From the NCBI GenBank assembly GCA_041659405.1, contig JBAZYK010000007.1, positions 57,126 through 89,125 on the forward strand: a stretch of 32,000 bases of DNA, written 5' to 3'. The notes beneath the pieces were generated by a model. The model made no database searches. It was not told the DNA's origin and saw nothing but the letters and a program-made list of their open reading frames with translations. Positions 31,793-32,000 of the stretch are shown here, piece after piece (the first letter of the stretch is position 1; every line of letters starts with the position of its first letter). The position numbers and the translations under genes were made by a program. This stretch comes from Candidatus Altimarinota bacterium (GTDB lineage Bacteria > Patescibacteriota > Gracilibacteria > UBA1369).

Positions 31793-31835
31793 AAAGTTTG
31801 TTTTTTAGAGTTTTTAGAGTTTTAGAAATCTTTAA

Positions 31836-31864
31836 ATTATAACAAAATAAGCTCAAATGGTCAA
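31836..31864 (-). promoter_or_regulatory. Strong sigma70-type promoter with extended -10, driving the giant-protein operon
   Basis: The minus strand reads TTGACC (31864-31859), 17 nt spacer (ATTTGAGCTTATTTTGT), TATAAT (31841-31836). A TG two nt upstream of the -10 gives TGtTATAAT. This is the best consensus match I found in the window. Confidence 0.55.
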
Positions 31865-31918
31865 TTACATGGCTCACCCCTTTCCAAGATTTCAAGGAAC
31901 AAAAGCCGAAATAATGGC

Positions 31919-32000
31919 TTAGGAGTCTGCAAAAATAACTTTTAAGTCAAGTGGTGGTTCAGCGGTCATTTCATAGAGCTTTTTGAGGCCTCCAAGCAGG
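31919..32000 (-). CDS. Possible 3' end of an upstream minus-strand gene (partial, 26 codons plus stop)
   Basis: The frame entering from the window edge reads ...LLGGLKKLYEMTAEPPLDLKVIFADS* with stop TAA at 31921-31919. It is too short to identify. Confidence 0.25.
   Translation of the reverse strand, partial: LLGGLKKLYEMTAEPPLDLKVIFADS

Noticed and set aside
1-32000. An alternative genetic code (UGA recoding, as in some candidate phyla).
   Set aside because: All conserved genes (hppA, panBC, coaBC, relA, gatA, holA) are full length with the standard code and show no in-frame UGA interruptions.

Overview
Gene-dense, low-GC bacterial sequence read with the standard genetic code. No rRNA, tRNA, CRISPR array, cas gene, transposase or integrase was recognised. 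Weak or absent Shine-Dalgarno sequences, an archaeal-type RibL-like nucleotidyltransferase, a TrmB-type regulator and ORFan giant surface proteins suggest an uncultivated small-genome lineage (CPR/Patescibacteria, Peregrinibacteria-like). That placement is inference only.

Positions 1-18.8 kb are housekeeping genes:
- K+-independent H+-pyrophosphatase (hppA).
- A pantothenate/CoA cluster: type II pantothenate kinase coaW, a Yip1-like membrane protein, panB, panC, coaBC.
- A 707-aa Pro/Glu-rich membrane-anchored protein.
- A long RelA/SpoT homologue with a degenerate hydrolase motif.
- A minus-strand operon: small membrane protein, RibL-like enzyme, ftsX, recO.
- gatC-gatA, a TrmB-like regulator and holA.

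Positions 18.8-32 kb are accessory:
- A DUF222-like HNH endonuclease gene flanked by unusual GC-rich, strand-asymmetric non-coding DNA and a 61-62 bp tandem repeat.
- An ~11 kb four-gene minus-strand operon, which is the most interesting candidate. It has one strong promoter and one textbook intrinsic terminator. It encodes a 167-aa protein, an 1867-aa signal-less giant protein with a glycine-zipper-like core, a 49-aa membrane micro-ORF missing from the ORF track, and a 1506-aa Sec-exported Cys-rich modular giant protein. None has a family signature I can recognise.

A GC-rich motif, GGGCTG(TG)nCTGC on the plus strand, recurs in transcribed spacers of minus-strand operons. Related GC-rich in-frame insertions interrupt conserved enzymes (PanB, HolA).
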